Of a stretch of 64,000 bases of DNA, positions 29,369-41,636 are shown piece by piece. The notes under the pieces are model-generated. The model was not told the origin of the DNA, ran no database searches, and saw only the letters and a program-made list of their open reading frames with translations. The DNA lies in NCBI RefSeq assembly GCF_009914755.1, contig NC_060937.1; one strand, given 5' to 3'. Numbering within the stretch: position 1 is the stretch's first letter; each line of letters opens with the position of its first letter. The translations under genes and the position numbers were made by a program. This DNA is from the human T2T-CHM13v2.0 reference genome, Homo sapiens.

Positions 29369-30123
29369 ACTGGCCATCAGAGAAATGCAAATCAAAACCA
29401 CAATGAGATACCATCTCATACCAGTTAGAATGGCAATCATTAAAAAGTCAGGAAACAACAGGTTCTGGAGAGGATGTGGAGAAATAAGAACACTTTTACA
29501 CTGTTGGTGGGACTGTAAACTAGTTCAACCATTGTGGAAGTCAGTGTGGCAATTCCTCAGGGATCTAGAACTAGAAATACCATTTGACCCAGCCATCCCA
29601 TTACTGAGTATATACCCAAAGGACTATAAATCATGCTGCTATAAAGACACATGCACACGTATGTTTATCGCGGCACTATTCACAATAGCAAAGACTTGGA
29701 ACCAACCCAAATGTCCAACAATGATAGACTGGATTAAGAAAATGTGGCACATATACACCATGGAATACTATGCAGCCATAAAAAATGATGAGTTCATGTC
29801 CTTTGTAGGGACATGGATGAAATTGGAAATCATCATTCTCAGTAAACTATCACAAGGACAAAAAACCAAACACCGCATGTTCTCACTCATAGATGGGAAT
29901 TGAACAATGAGAACACATGGACACAGGAAGGGGAACATCACACTCTGGGGACTGTTGTGGGGTTGGGGGAGTGGGGAGGGATAGCATTAGGAGATATACC
30001 TAATGCTAAATGACGAGTTAATGGGTGCAGCACACCAGCATGGCACATGTATACATATGTAACTAACCTGCACATTGTGCACATGTACCCTAAAACTTAA
30101 AGGATAATAATAAAAAAAAAAAA
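29369..30123 (+). mobile_element. 5'-truncated L1PA3-like element (~750 bp)
   Basis: ORF 29340-29903 is the ORF2 C-terminus (CCHC region); same 3' UTR diagnostics as the 18171-21104 copy; poly-A tail. Confidence 0.95.
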
Positions 30124-32499
30124 GTATGCAATTTCACAATGGAAAAATTTTTTATTCAATACTTACCCATTCAAAGGAAGAGGGGGTGTAGAGGGAAGGA
30201 AAGAGTAAAGAAATACTGTATGGAGAAAAGTAGGAAAGTATATTAAAATGAAGCAAATCAAATAGGGGTGCATAAAAAGAGAATGGTGTAAATAGAAACA
30301 GCCTGTAAACTGGGGAAAGCAGATATTTATGCCTAAATCTGCTTTCCATAGAATATGTGCTCCTGGAGGAATGGCAGCATGTCACCTCCTGCTTTGATTC
30401 TATGTAGTCTCTGCTCTGCTGTGTTTAGTGTGGTCACTGAAAAATTATATTAACTCACCAACTAAGTAACCCAGCAGCATAAGTAGAGGTCTTCTTGCTG
30501 CAATGCTTTAAGGTATGAATTAAAATGTAAACTGGTAAATTATCAATAAAGCTGACATAAAACTTTTTGTTCCCAAAGATAGAAAGCAAAAAGAGCATGG
30601 CCTTGGGGTAATACACTATGCCTAAAGGCTAACCAAGTCTCCAGCCACATATTATATTAGAGTGTTATTACATTTTGTCTATTAGGGGCATAGTACCCTT
30701 GAGATTTTACAGGGTTTTGAACATAAATCCTTTGGAAGCTCTAATTTTAGTTGATGCAGAAGTATATACCATGGCTCTAATGCTCATGAATGGGACAATA
30801 TACCAAATCATTTCTTGAGATGCCTAATGTGAGTGTCAAATTACCAGCCTCCACCAAGCAAAAGGGAATGCTAATTAAAGGGGTAGGACATGTTCCAGTT
30901 GTTCTAATCAAAGAGAGCTTAATCCTTCCATAAGCTGGCTGGCTTTGTTGGAGGAAATTCTGAACAACCTTGTTACTTTTGATAACTGTAAGCCACTGAC
31001 TCATGGCCCCTTGACAGCTAGCTGAGCATGTAATAACATTTCTCTGTATTTTGGGACTGGCTTAGCTGGCTTTATAATAGATTATTGTGGATGTTAAAGT
31101 GAAATGTTAGTCTTTCTTTAAAGCTCTGTATTCCCCAGTAATTAAGGTTATAAAAAGGGCACAGAGCACAATACTGTTTCAAGGTCGCCAAACACAGATG
31201 TAACAGCCTTCCGTTTGTGTAAATAAGGTATTAACCATAGGTTTATTCTGCAATTGTGTCATGAAAAATAGGTTTTTCAAGAACAGTTTAATAGAAAAGC
31301 ATTTTGAGGTGTATTAAAAATGCGGTCTTTTTCCTTTTAGTTCAAAAAAATTAATGGCTAAGAGGAAAAATCAAGTGACATTATAGAAAAGCAGTAAAAA
31401 CGATAAAAAAAAAAAGAAGTTGAATGTTATCAGGTAAGAGAAAAACCAGACACAAGTGCACAACTTCATCCAAAAGCATTTGAGGTCATTTGGTATAATA
31501 AGAATCTTGGAGAAATCACAACCTTTGGCATGAAAATGTCTACAGAGACCACACAAACAAGGATTTCACTTTTACTTTCAAGGTGGTGACAGTTATTGGC
31601 TGTTTGTGTTTCCGATTCATTGTAAATGGAAAAAAGCCAAAGAAAAAGTTCACCAAAGAGAGCCATTTAACTACTTGTTTCAAATAAAGAAATTAATATA
31701 ATTTCATTCAACTCTAGTTTTGGTATTCACTCACCATTTGAATGAGATCCTCATATTAGTCATTACAATAGGGAGAAATGTTTCATCCTGTATTTCATAA
31801 GAAATACTCCTTTGTGATGTTCATTTGCTATATAACTTAAAATTTAAAAAAAGAAGAAAGCTCTTCTATTTAAGTATTGCAAAGGTAAAACAACTTCCTA
31901 TAGAGCAGAAGAGTCACACTAATGGTGTAGACTTCTATTCAGAATGATCCTAGCGTTGGGAAAGAATAATTTACAGTGTCAGGAAGGCAATCATATTTTC
32001 ATTATACCAGATAAGATCAGGGCAGGTACTCCCCAAGGAGTGAGGCTCTTTGCTTCATTTTTGAACTGATGAAAGAGAAGATGTGCAATGCTTTATAGTG
32101 CAGACAAAAATGTCATACCAGTAATTGCTATGCAGGTGCTTAAGTACATGCCAAGTAAAACCATAAATTATATTTCTCATGCATTAGGCATTAATTGTGT
32201 CGGTAGTTAAAAGAACAATTACCACATAATATGTAACTTTTTAAAAGATGGAAATAATCAAGAAAATCATTCAGATAACCTTTTGTAAAGAATTAAGACT
32301 TCTTTTCCTTTCAAGGTATTTTACATCTCTTGTCCTATTTATCTTCTAAGCAGAAATCTTCATTTTAGTAAAACTCCTTCTATCAGGATGCCATATAGAA
32401 TATACTGAAGGTGTCTAAAATTTGTCAGATACAACTATAATTAATAATGTAATGAATTTATTTAAAGTTATATGATAGAAAAAAATGAAGCTTGCATAA

Positions 32500-33045
32500 T
32501 GTTCAGGAAGTCAAAGCCATCCTAGAATTCACCAGCCCCTTCTCTCTAACCACATAAATTTACTCAGTTCGAACTTTGTAATAAGACAGATAAATGTCTC
32601 ACACCCCAAAACCCAGTAACCTTATTTGGCCTGCTCCTTCTGTCTGCACTTTTCTTGACATAAATTCCACCTCACATTGGCTTCTGGTGAGCCCATTCAC
32701 CCAATCTTGGCCAATCAGAGCTCTGCTTTGGTATTGTTCAAACAAAAGTTGGAGAAAATAAGTGTCATTTTCCTATACAGCCTTAAGGCAATAAACAGAC
32801 AAGCACTGCACTGACCTTGGCTGTGGATCAAGTATCACTGAGTGATTAACACATAGAGGGAAACTAAGGAAAGAGCAAGAGAAGGAAATATGCTATTCAG
32901 GTTTCTGAGTCCAGTTATCCTAAGGCTATCTGTACCATTGACCTTTCTGAGATTCAGTTAAGTAAGCTTATTTCCAACCCGCTCTGGTCTGTGATACTTC
33001 AGGTTTCTGTTTACTTATAAACAAAGGAATTGTGGAACATACATC
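32500..33045 (+). mobile_element. Old ERVL LTR remnant (LTR16/LTR33-like)
   Basis: tttctgagtccagttatcctaaggc and 3' end caggtttctgtttacttataaacaaaggaattgtggaacataca. Confidence 0.4.
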
Positions 33046-33129
33046 TGCATTCCCACTTGACTTTGTTATTTGTTAACATATTATGTATTAATTGCTTAAG
33101 ATGTATACTGCTTGCATTTGAGTATAACT

Positions 33130-33490
33130 CAACCAGTTCCTAAGTAAACAAACTTGGTCTCTGGTCTAAGCCTCTCTGTGATTTAAATCTCTTACACATA
33201 ATTACGTACTAACCATACTTGCCTCATGTGAACATTATGAAGATTAAATTAGTTAAAATATGTAAAGGAGTTAGACAAGTACCTGGCACAAGATAATAAA
33301 AACCATTAAAACAATAATATTAGGTTTTATTAAGATTATAGAGCTGGCCACTTAAATTGATCATTACCTTTAATCATAACAAAAATGTGTATCAGGTTGC
33401 TATTATTCTTCCCATTTTACAGATAAACAGAATAAAGAAGTGGCAGCCTCAGCATTGAATCTCAAGTTTGTTTGAATCTGATTTTTATGT
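33130..33490. mobile_element. MIR fragments
   Basis: tatgaagattaaattagttaaaatatgtaaaggagttagacaagtacctggcaca and tattattcttcccattttacagataaac MIR core motifs in opposite orientations. Confidence 0.55.
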
Positions 33491-34205
33491 TTTTCCTTTC
33501 TATCAGGATACCTTTGGCAATATTAATATGAAACTTATCCCATAACATTATAGTCTATAATATAAGATTCTGCCTTCTCTTCTAGATCATAAATTCTGTA
33601 ATGGTGGTAACTATACTGAGTTCACTTTGCTAACCTCAGTGCTTAGCAGTGTACATGTTCTCCCTCTCCAACTCTTCCCCTTCCTCCTTTTCTTTCCTCC
33701 CTTTGCCATGTGAAATACACATGTTCAAGGGCTGTGTGATCTGTCTGAAATTATTTGGTATGACGCTCTTGGCTACCCATATTTTCCCCACTTCCACAGA
33801 ATATTGTCATCCAAGGAAGAGCCTTATTTGCTTCCTTTGTCTGTGGCCTGATAATTGCTTTCTACTTAGATCTGGTAGGTTCTCTTTCCTGCTGATAACC
33901 TTGTATCTGTTCTCACTGTTCTGGGTTTTGGAGGGAGTTTCCAAAATAACTCAGCTTTCTATCTATGGTCCTACTCTCTCCAATATTCATGGCTTATGAC
34001 ATGTTCCCACAATCACATTGCCTTTTATTCTAAATTTCCAGCATAGGCCTGGTATGGAGCTCTACTCTAGATCTGCTAACCTTGATTATTAATGATTAGT
34101 AATTGCCACTTTTGATCCAAATTCTTTCTTGCTAGCACCAAGATAAATGTTCCTACTCCAAAGAGCAACATCTCTCTCCAGCACATAGCACTTATGCGTT
34201 TCCAG

Positions 34206-34252
34206 AAGGCCATGCTATCACCACAAGGCCATGCTATCACCACAAAGCCATG
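34206..34252. repeat. 19-bp tandem repeat, ~2.5 copies
   Basis: aaggccatgctatcaccac x2 plus aaagccatg. Confidence 0.95.
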
Positions 34253-34919
34253 AAGTTATAGTATGTACATATAAAGCCAGAAGTGATTAGAGCAAAGGTG
34301 GCTAGGTAATATAATGTCACCATGAGTCTCAACGGCTGTGGTAAAGCCTAGCAAGTTACCAGTGACAAGTTAGGCCAGCTGAGGTCAGTGAAGTTCATGG
34401 CTCAGTAAAGAATGGTTTATATTGTAGGAGATTCTTTCTTACTTTTAGTTATATAAAGAAATGTCTTCATTACCAGATCAAACTTCCTTGTACTTGTAAT
34501 ATATTTTTAGTTAGCATGAGTGCCATATCCAAACATCTGTTATCTATTACCCTGAAAATACTAAATTTATTTTAATAATTTCATAAGATTTGTTTAAATG
34601 TATTACTTATATTTAAACAACTAAAGTATCTCTGTGTAGTCAATAACAGGTCATATAAAAATGTCCTGAGACTGTTAAAAATGACCTAATTAATATTAAC
34701 TTATTAACTTTGGCAATCTTTGTTTAATAATTAATCTAATAGACTTTTTCAGTGTAACACAGTAGCTATCATTACAAATATTTCTGAATACTGCAAAAGT
34801 GGTAGGTTAGAGAGCTATGCAAATGGAAATTATGTGCCCCTTTTCTCAATACATAATAGAGTGAAGACATAAATAAAACCTAGATTAGTTAGCTTTCTAT
34901 GGGGATTACCCAATAAACA

Positions 34920-35860
34920 GTGAGACATATGGATTACTACTTACAGGCCACCAGTGGGGAGTGTAAATTTGTGTAGCCACATTGGAACACTATTTGGTGT
35001 TACTATTACACTCCTATATCCTGTGACCCACCAATTACACTTCTAGCTATACCCAACAAAGAAGAAATGAACAATTTTGCCAAAGACGGGTAAAATAATA
35101 TTAGTAGCACTGTAATAGTCACAAACTAGGGGAAAAAACTCAACAGTTTATTAGAGTAAATTTTTCTTTTAAATGTGGTATAGTATACTAGAAAATGTTA
35201 TAAAGTAATGAATGCACAAATGAATACAACATGTAAAAACGGGAATGAGTGTCTTAGTTCATTTGAGCTGCTGTACCAAAATACCATAGCTTATAAACAA
35301 CATAAATTTATTTCTCACAGTTCTGGAGGCTGGGAAGTCCAAGGTCAAGTTGCCAAGAGATTTGGTATGTAATGAACGTCCACATTCCAGTTTTTGCTGT
35401 GGCTTCACATAGTGGAAGGAGTGAGCAAGCTCCCTTGGGTCTGCTTTTTAAGAACACTAATTCTGTCCATAAGTGAAACTCTCATAACCTAATCACTTTT
35501 CAAAGGCCCCACCTCCTAATACCATCATTGTGGAGTTAGGATTTCAACATATAAACTTTGGGGAACACAAACTATCAGATTATAGCAAAGAGCTTCACTT
35601 ACATAGTATTGCAGAAAACAAATCAGACTCAAAATCATATACCATATTTTAAACAACATAGACTGGATTTGTCTGAACTGTATACAAATAGAAGCCAAGA
35701 TAATGATTATGCTTTGGTGGGGTATAGCAATTGGAAGTTATTACAAAGGGGTCTTCCTGGATACTGATAATGGTTACTTGGGTGTATTCACCTTCTGAAA
35801 ATGCATTGAGCTCTGCAAGGATAATATGTGCACCTTTCAGGTTGTATGCTATCCTGCAAC
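34920..35860 (+). mobile_element. L1ME 3' fragment split by MLT1A0
   Basis: gtggggagtgtaaatttgtgtagccacattggaa, atcctgtgacccaccaattacacttctag; resumes after 35592. Confidence 0.6.
35250..35587 (-). mobile_element. MLT1A0 (MaLR) solo LTR
   Basis: tgtcttagttcatttgagctgctg...ctcacagttctggaggctgggaagtccaagg...cagattatagca; 5-bp TSD atgag/aagag. Confidence 0.85.
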
Positions 35861-36029
35861 AGTTTAACGAAACCAGAAAAAGGAGTCGTACAGTAGAGTA
35901 TTAAAAATGGCAACTTCTGCAAGTGTTCAGAGAAGGGATCACCCAATTCTAGAGCAGCTGAAAAATGTCTTATAAGAGACATAAAGATTAACTGGAATCT
36001 TGAAAGTATAGGTGTAATCCAGCATTACT

Positions 36030-36520
36030 CATCTTGTTATGAGTACCTGTTCCGATAAAGTTCAACTGAAAATAAGAGACAGAAAATGAACAAATGAATC
36101 AGTGTAGCTCAAACAAGATAAAATGCATTTCTCTCTCACTGAAAAACAAATTTGGAGATATGTTCAGTTGAGGTATGGCAGATCCAAAGTATTCATCAGA
36201 AACCCAGCCTCCTGTCTTTCCACTGCCTCATGATACCATACGTACAGCTATATTTTTGAAATCTTTATGGTTCAATATGACTGCTGAAGATGCAGATATC
36301 AGAGCCAAGGTGTTGACTGGTAGAAGCAAACAACATAGAAGGACAAACAATGGATTTTGGAGTTGAATCCATTCCCCTGAAACTATTATCTAATAGTTGC
36401 CACACTACCTTTCCACCACATTTCTGTCTCATTTGTCACATGATCACGCTTATCCTATAAAGAAGTTGAAAAATGCAGTCTTCCATTCTGAGAGGTAAAG
36501 TGCCAAGTTAAAATGAAAGT
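36030..36520 (-). mobile_element. Old MLT1 LTR remnant
   Basis: agtgtagctcaaacaagataaaatgcatttctctctcac, gtcacatgatcacgctta...aaaatgcagtctt. Confidence 0.45.
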
Positions 36521-37339
36521 CTATTATTAAGACAGGAAAAAGGATTTTATTATAGGTAGATAAAGTTTTCTGTCACAATGAAGAAAAATAAACTGGTTAT
36601 TCCCAAGGGACTACTTTTGTGAAACACCGGCTTGAAAGGATAGGACTGATTTTGAAGCAGAATAGAAGTGATTTCTCTGTAACCACAGAGGATAGTAAAA
36701 TGTGGCATATGTCTTTGTACAACACATGTTTAAGTGGCCATATTTTCAAGTTTTATTTTATTTATTTTTATTTATTTATCCATGTCCAGAAAAAAATGGC
36801 AAAATATAGAACAAAAGACATTTCCTTGCATAGTTGCAAAGCTAAACACGAAAGTAGCTTTTGCAAATTTTTTGAAATACATCAGAATCCAAAGTTGCCT
36901 CTATGTAAGCAGGGACACCTATTAGTGATAGGTTTCTTTGATTTTAGAAATTCTTGCTATAACTTTCCAGCAAAGATACTGATTATGGTAATTTCCCCCT
37001 ATATTCTTTCCCTAAAATTAAATGTGCTTAGAGATCATAACTATAAATGATTCTGAGATAACACTTACACTAACAAACTCAAGAGGTATTTCAAAGGACT
37101 CTTTTGAATTTTTTCGACAAAAGGGTTTCAACTTAGAGGAATAACCTCTGAGATGATTAAAGGCTGTCTCCTACTAGATTTTACATCCCTTGAAGGCAAG
37201 AACAATTCATTTTTAAGTGTCTCCCGAATCTAGTACAGTGTCCAGTAATTAATAGATTTTCAAAGTTGATGATGGGATAAATGAGTTGGATTGTGGCAGT
37301 GAAAACTAGCTGTACACACACATAAAAAATGTGTCCTAT

Positions 37340-37710
37340 TCCTTGTATAATGTGAAACTAATGATGGAACATTGCTGTTCAGGACTTTTTGAATCCAGGT
37401 GCGGTTAGGTGACCACTTGTCACCAATTGAATGGAGCAGGAATAATGAGTAAGTCTCTGGGCTAGAGCATTTAAAAAGCAAGTTTATTGTGCTCTCTCCT
37501 TCTGCAAGTTGAAAATAGATATTCTGAGATCCTGCAGATGGTAAAACCATAATACGAAGCTGATCTAGATTGTATCACCAAATGGCATAAAGCTACTTTC
37601 AAATTTGAACAGCTGTATTAGACTTTTGGCTGAGCAAGAAATAACATTCTATTGGATTAAGCCATTGGGATTTGGTGGTCCATTTGTTTAAAAGGCAACA
37701 TAAATACAAC
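37340..37710 (+). mobile_element. Old MLT1 LTR remnant
   Basis: 3' motif tgagcaagaaataacattctattggattaagccattgggatttggtgg. Confidence 0.5.
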
Positions 37711-38063
37711 AGAGACAAAGATGACTTCCTAGAGATAAAATATACAGCTTCATTTTTTGTTGAGTTACTGTGAATCTGAATTGAGAGAGGTGAATGAATG
37801 CTAGTCTAATTGTACTGAAAGCTTTTGTATGTACCAGCACCTGTACTTGTATAAGTCATTTGGGATTTTTTTCTTAATATAGATAGGCATATATGTAAAT
37901 ATCATTATTCTGTTATTTTCAGCAATAACAATGAAAGAAATTAAGGCTCCGTTATTAGACACAAATTATTTCCCCTATTTTGAGGTCTCAAAAATGTGAA
38001 TGTCTCTTTTTTTTTTTTTTTTAATACAGTGTGTTATTCCCTGAAAGAATGTTTCTTCTAACT

Positions 38064-38278
38064 CAGAGTTTCTTGACCTCAGATTTATTGACCTTTTGGC
38101 CTGAATAATTCTCTGTTGTAGGAAACTATATTCATTTTGTAGAATAGTAAGCAGCATTCTTGACTTCCACTCTGTAGATGCCCATAATATCTTGTGACCA
38201 CCAAAAATGTTTTCAGACATGAGATATTGACAAATATTCCCTGAGAGTTTCAGAATGCCTCCTGGTTGAGAATCACTG
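38064..38278. mobile_element. MER20 hAT-Charlie MITE
   Basis: Terminal cagagtttcttgacc / ggttgagaatcactg inverted ends; internal ataattctctgttgt and gtgaccaccaaaaatgttttcagaca. Confidence 0.8.
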
Positions 38279-41200
38279 TGAGGTGAACCTTCAGATGCCA
38301 TTCAGTTACTTTTACTAAATCCTAAAATGTAGATATAGATCACCAGAAAAAAAAAAAAAGAAAAATCAGCAGGTTTTCCCTACAGCATGTCTCAGTTATT
38401 CAAGTGGAGTAACCTCATGCTAAAACATGTTTGTTGCTTTGTAATTTAAAAACTATAAAATAGAAAGTCAGTAATAGTGAGTCAATTTATTCTAATTTGG
38501 GGGTTGCTGATAAAATATCTGTAAGTTGTATCAATGCGTGGTTCACAGTATGCTTTCAAAAAACCTGTTGAAAAATGTCTAACCCTCTCCTGAGTTAATA
38601 ATTCCACCAAATGACATGTTTGCTATTTATTCATTTATTCAAGAAATACTAAGTTACTAAGGACAGGATCTATGCTGACTGCTGGAGTCACAAGAAGAGG
38701 AAAGTTAATAATTATGATGGTGTCTTGAAGCAATTTCCAGAAAGACTCAATTGCTCCATCAAGGCCCAACAAGGCATATAGTGCAACCTGTAGCCACAAA
38801 TATAAATTTTTAAAGATAAAGGTTTACAACCGAATTGGCTTAAAAGTCTACATAAAAATTATTCAGGAAGAAAAAAGCTTTGATTTATGTGTATTATAGT
38901 TTTGATGTGTCATTCAGTATGTAAACATATGAATAATAAATGAAATTTCTCAAATACACACATTTGCAAGATGATCGTATAGTTATCACAATGTACATAA
39001 TATGGACATAAGTTATAATATTTTTATAGAAATAAATATTTTATATTTATTTCTGAAATAAGATTTGTATTTTAAGAATATTTTATCAATACATTTATGA
39101 ATGCTTTGCATATTCTTTTTATTCTTTAAACTAAAATGATTACTAATAGATTACATGTTCTAATATTTCAAAACAGTAAAATCAAAAAGAAGACTTAGAT
39201 GAATATAAACATGCTTGAAATTTTTTATTTGTCTCCTAAGATCTTATGAAAGCTTTTGAAAGCTTGATCTTAATCCTTTACTTTGCTTCATTTTAAACTA
39301 GACTATAAAACCAAATTCCAAGTCAGAGTTTAATCTTCATTACTCAATGCCTTTTCTGATGAGAACTTGTATTTTTTTGACATCAACGCATTTGCTAACA
39401 CATATTACTCCGTACATTTTGTTTAACACTAACTAAAGAGTTTATTTTCTGTTTGTGAATGTAGTCATTGGATATTCTGACTGGTCTAGGCTGTTAATAT
39501 CTCTACAATCTCTAGAGAGGTGGAACTGGCCAAGGAGTTCATTCAAATTGTTCCTCTCCACCTTTAGTGTTCTTCATAAGACATAGTTCCAAGATAGTCA
39601 GTCACAATAAAGGAGAAGCATCAAATTAGCACATTGAAATCCTGCCTAGGTTGCAGCTTAGGACGCATTCTATGTGTGCTACAGCAGTGCTTGGCATTAG
39701 TAGGCTCTCAATTCACATTGCTAAGTGAAGAAGGAATAACTGAATACAAAATGGTACGCTAATTCAATCTTTCTATCTGGATTCAGTCAACGTGGAGTCT
39801 GTGGATTCTATTAGTAACTTGCCTAGCTGTGCATGTTTTAATATAGATAAACAATTTGATAGCTTCCTAACCTGCCTTGCTACTGAATGATGACTGGAGA
39901 ACGTAGGACTGCCACTGCTTTTGGAAATACTGCTAGTGGCAAAATATAAGTATACAAGTTAGAGACGTAGTTCTTAATTGTTAGTAGAAAGAGAGCTTTC
40001 CCTTCAGAGCAACATATTTCAAAACAGATTTTGAAACATTTACCTGAAACATGAGCAAATAGATTTCTCAACCTCTGGGGCATTTTCAGTCTTTATATTT
40101 TTAGCCAGTTGTCTATCATTTAGAATAGTAACACCAGTTTCAACCATCCTACAACTACAATATTTATTCTGGGACTTTTAGAGTTGCAAACATTCCTTTA
40201 GCTGCTGTGGGAGTTTTATTGATAGATAACCTCTGGTGTTTCAGGACTTGGAAGCTTAATATCCCTGCACTTGAGAGCTTGGTACAACTCTGCCTCCTCC
40301 TACTATAAGTAAAATCATCAATTAGCTGATTATCCTAACACCTTAGCTAATACCCTTATCTGAAAATAACTTCTGCTAACACTGGCATGATACAAGGGAC
40401 AGTACCTTGCTCATGGCTTCTCCCTGCCAAGTTCTGATCCTTCAGTTCTTCTGCTTCCAGACCAAGCAAAAATGATGCGGGGAAGAAAAGATGCAAGATC
40501 TCCTTACTCTATGGTTTATGTAAGCCTGATCTAACTTTACGGTATTTCCCTTCTAATCAGGATCAGATTATAGCATCAAGAATGTGCAAAATATCCACAG
40601 GCTTTCAAAAGGCAGCTTCTTTCCTTCTTTTGCTAAGGGGTGTGGGAAGGGAAATTTCAGTAAGTTCATCTCTTCCTTAGAGAAGATAGTTTCAATGTTA
40701 ATTTGATTATTTTTCTATTTCAGTGTGATTCTGTTCCAAAAATCTTTTCAAGTCTGTTTCTGAAACACACATACGTATGTATATATCTATGTACACTCAA
40801 ATATTGAACAGTTAATAGTAAAGATTTCTCCGCTTTTCTTCAGGCACCTTCTAACCCACGACTTCTGTTTCTTAGAAGTGCCTAAGGCATTGGAATGACA
40901 TCAAAGAGCCAGTAACTTGGCATTTACTATATTAATACTAATCTAGGGGAAATAAGAAACTATTAGAGTATATATTCACAACCTTCAAGCTTTCACTTGA
41001 TCATAGCAAAATGTTAACATGTAAACACTTCAAAGAAACAATGTATTTTTTTCTTGGGTAATTTAGCATTCATTTTGAAGGAAAAATTAGTATCCTTAAT
41101 ATATTTGCAATAGCTAAAGTTCAGGTCAACTTTATCTAGCATGTGAAGGTCAGTTATTTGATAAATAGTGACCACTTCATACTTGGGAAACCCTGCTTTT

Positions 41201-41636
41201 GATAAATAATCTCCAGATAATAATTGTTACTTCTACTGCTTTATAAAGACTGCTTGAGTGTGGGGTCAAACTAACCTTTCATTAAATCAAAGCAGTGAAC
41301 CAGATGCTTAGAATAAGGATGATAATTAATCCATAGCCTCGTAGAAGAACAAAGGCTCATTTGAAGAAGGCATTTATATGCTAGAATCATTTCTTTTGTT
41401 CTTGTTTTGTTTAGTATCTCTTGGTAATTGAATTCATAAGAGATTTGAGAAACATATTAGATAACATTTATTATGTGACAGCATATCAGCATTTCAGAAA
41501 ACCCTCGTGTATGTACCTAGAGGATCAATTTACCTTTGATCCAATTTTATATTATGATTAAGTATCAAAATCAAAATGTTATCAAATGATAAACAATAAA
41601 TTCTACCTTGGTTTCATGGATTTGGTTTCTACAAAT

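Noticed and set aside
36619-37050. 143-aa ORF (similarly 9057-9548, 33649-33999, 47500-47943)
   Set aside because: No recognisable domains, composition typical of random AT-rich DNA, no supported exon structure, and some overlap repeats or use non-ATG starts
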